NCBI GenBank assembly: GCA_046331705.1
Contig: JAXLQJ010000009.1
Span: 124,001-188,000 of the forward strand
Direction of reading: 5' to 3'
Length of the DNA: 64,000 nucleotides
From: a bacterium
Lineage (GTDB): Bacteria > JADJOY01
Below, piece by piece: positions 62,382 through 64,000 of the stretch (position 1 is its first letter; every line of letters starts with the position of its first letter). The position numbers and the translations under genes were made by a program. The notes beneath the pieces were generated by a model. The model ran no database searches, was not told the origin of the DNA, and saw only the letters and a list, made by a program, of their open reading frames with translations.

Positions 62382-63947
62382 TCACTTGGCGCGCAGCGCC
62401 GGCCCGCCGATGGCGCGCGCCAGATCGAACTGCGCGCGGTCGTAGCTCGCCAGCGCATTCGCGAGTGCGCTCTGCGCGCGCGTCAGCTCGAGCTCGGCGC
62501 GCAGCACCTCTTCCTGCACCGCCGCGCCCTCTCGGTAGCGGACCTTGGCCAGCTCGTAGGACTCGGCGTTGGCCCTCACCTCGCGCACGGCGGCGAGGAT
62601 CGTGCCCGCCGAGGCTTGCGAGCTGCGATAGGCCCGCACCACCTCGGATGCGACGGTACGCGTGACCTGCGTCTCGGCGACCTCGGCCTTGCGCCGCGCG
62701 GCTCGCGCCTTGTCGAGCTGCGAGAGGTTGGCGGGGTCGAGCGCCCACTCCGCTGCCGCCGTGTAAACCTCGCGGTCGTCGAGATCGCGGGGATTCGTGC
62801 CGAAGCCGCCGTATTCCGCCGTCAGCTTGAGCTGCGGGATGAGCCAGCGGTTCTCCCAATAGCCCTCGTTCTCGCGCGACGCCGCCAGCTCCCGCCCGAG
62901 CTGAGCCACCTCGGGACGATCCGCCACCGCACGCCGCACCAGCTCGTTCAAGTCGTCGAGCGCGATCAGCTCCACGGCGGCGATCGCATCCTCCGCGGGA
63001 ACGAGCTCGGTGGTGGGCGGCAATCCCAGCTGCTCGACGAGCTTCGCCGAGGCCACCGCCACCTGCCGCCGGGCCTCGAGCACGCCACGCTCCGCCTCCG
63101 CGAGCTTGGCCTGCGCGCGCAGCAGATCCACCTCGAGCCCAGCACCGCTCGACACCCGCGTGAGCTCGAGATCGACCAGCTCGCGGCCGTGACGCACCGA
63201 GCTCTCCGCGATCCACAGCTCGGCGCAGCTCTCGACCAGATCGAAGTAGCCGGTGGCCGCCGTGTGCAAGCTGTCGTGCGCCTCGACGCGAATCGCATCG
63301 AGCGCCCCGGCCAGGTGCTCCTCGGCTGCGGCGAGCGTGAAGAGCGCCGCATCCAAGTCGTAGCTGAGCGAGATCTTGGGGCCGAAAAACGAGTTCTGGT
63401 AGTTCGCCTCGAAGAAGCGGCCGGCGGTGCCTTGGGTGAAGCCGTTCAACAGACCGAACTTCGCCTGGGTCGCGACGCTCGGCAGCAGCGAGTCGCGCAC
63501 GATGCGCCGCTCGGCTTCCGCCACCGCCGCGTCCTCCTGCGCCATGCGCACGTCGAGCGCCTCGGCTCCCACCGTCGCCAGCAGCTCGGCGAGCGAGATC
63601 GGGCGCGCGCCGGCGAGCTCCGTCGCGAGCGGCATCGCCACGTCCGTGATCGACGTCGGCGTCGCGGGGACACCCGTCAGCGCCGCGCGGGCGCGCGCCT
63701 CCGTGGGCGAGGCGCCGGATTCGGACGGTCCGGAAGGTGCCGACGGTGCGGCGGGCGTGGACGGCGGGGGAGGTGCGACGCCGTCCCGTGACGCGCCTGC
63801 CGCGGCCTCGGGCAGGGCGCGCGGCGCGGGGATCCACACCGCGGGGTCGGGCGGCGTGAGGTCGACGGGATCGACGAAGAGACAACCCGCCGAGCCGAGC
63901 ATGGCGGCGGCCGCGACCACCACCGGCACGAGTGGGTGCTTGCTCAA
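62382..63947 (-). CDS. TolC-family outer membrane efflux protein (lipoprotein)
   Basis: GSAGC lipobox; two OEP repeats (YFDL, RYREG, EVLRAE, LARAIG); TTG start preceded by GGAGG. Confidence 0.88.
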   Translation of the reverse strand: MSKHPLVPVVVAAAAMLGSAGCLFVDPVDLTPPDPAVWIPAPRALPEAAAGASRDGVAPPPPSTPAAPSAPSGPSESGASPTEARARAALTGVPATPTSITDVAMPLATELAGARPISLAELLATVGAEALDVRMAQEDAAVAEAERRIVRDSLLPSVATQAKFGLLNGFTQGTAGRFFEANYQNSFFGPKISLSYDLDAALFTLAAAEEHLAGALDAIRVEAHDSLHTAATGYFDLVESCAELWIAESSVRHGRELVDLELTRVSSGAGLEVDLLRAQAKLAEAERGVLEARRQVAVASAKLVEQLGLPPTTELVPAEDAIAAVELIALDDLNELVRRAVADRPEVAQLGRELAASRENEGYWENRWLIPQLKLTAEYGGFGTNPRDLDDREVYTAAAEWALDPANLSQLDKARAARRKAEVAETQVTRTVASEVVRAYRSSQASAGTILAAVREVRANAESYELAKVRYREGAAVQEEVLRAELELTRAQSALANALASYDRAQFDLARAIGGPALRAK

Positions 63948-64000
63948 CGGGTTCCTCCACGCACCAAGACGGAACGCGGCGTCTCGATCGCGATCGATCC

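Overview
Very GC-rich bacterial DNA with no rRNA, tRNA, CRISPR or transposase that I can support. A Cys + hydrophobic + RRRR sorting tail, many lipoproteins and several sigma54-type promoters hint at a Myxococcota/deltaproteobacteria-like organism (weak inference). Four blocks. (1) 0.2-11.3 kb, arginine/ornithine catabolism: a P-loop protein of the arginine synthetase (ArcE)/cDPGS family with OTC and carbamate kinase but no arginine deiminase, converging on a complete B12/PLP oxidative ornithine operon (ord, ortA, ortB, oraS, oraE, reactivase, orr). (2) 11.4-30.1 kb, envelope and signalling: two MauG/MbnH-like diheme peroxidases (one frameshifted), two paralogous PAS hybrid kinases, hydrolase, sulfotransferase and SLT lipoproteins, and a Spy/ZraP-ZraS-ZraR-like sigma54 module whose candidate promoter and enhancer sites are visible. 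(3) 30.2-38.1 kb: two-subunit biotin-dependent acyl-CoA carboxylase, CocE/NonD hydrolase, TPR protein. (4) 38.1-64 kb: a Pfa-like iterative type I PKS cluster (ER-like/KS/AT/4xACP/KR and KS/AT/DH/PPTase, the latter frameshifted near 48190) with an AlkP-superfamily enzyme, a beta-propeller/methyltransferase fusion, three SDRs (one lacking catalytic residues), a free ACP, an esterase, a divergent M50-like/HlyD fusion lacking HExxH, and TolC. Block 4 is the best candidate for an undescribed system (exported lipid or polyketide of unknown structure); block 1 is second. Start codons were refined by eye and all family calls come from motif recognition, not database searches.
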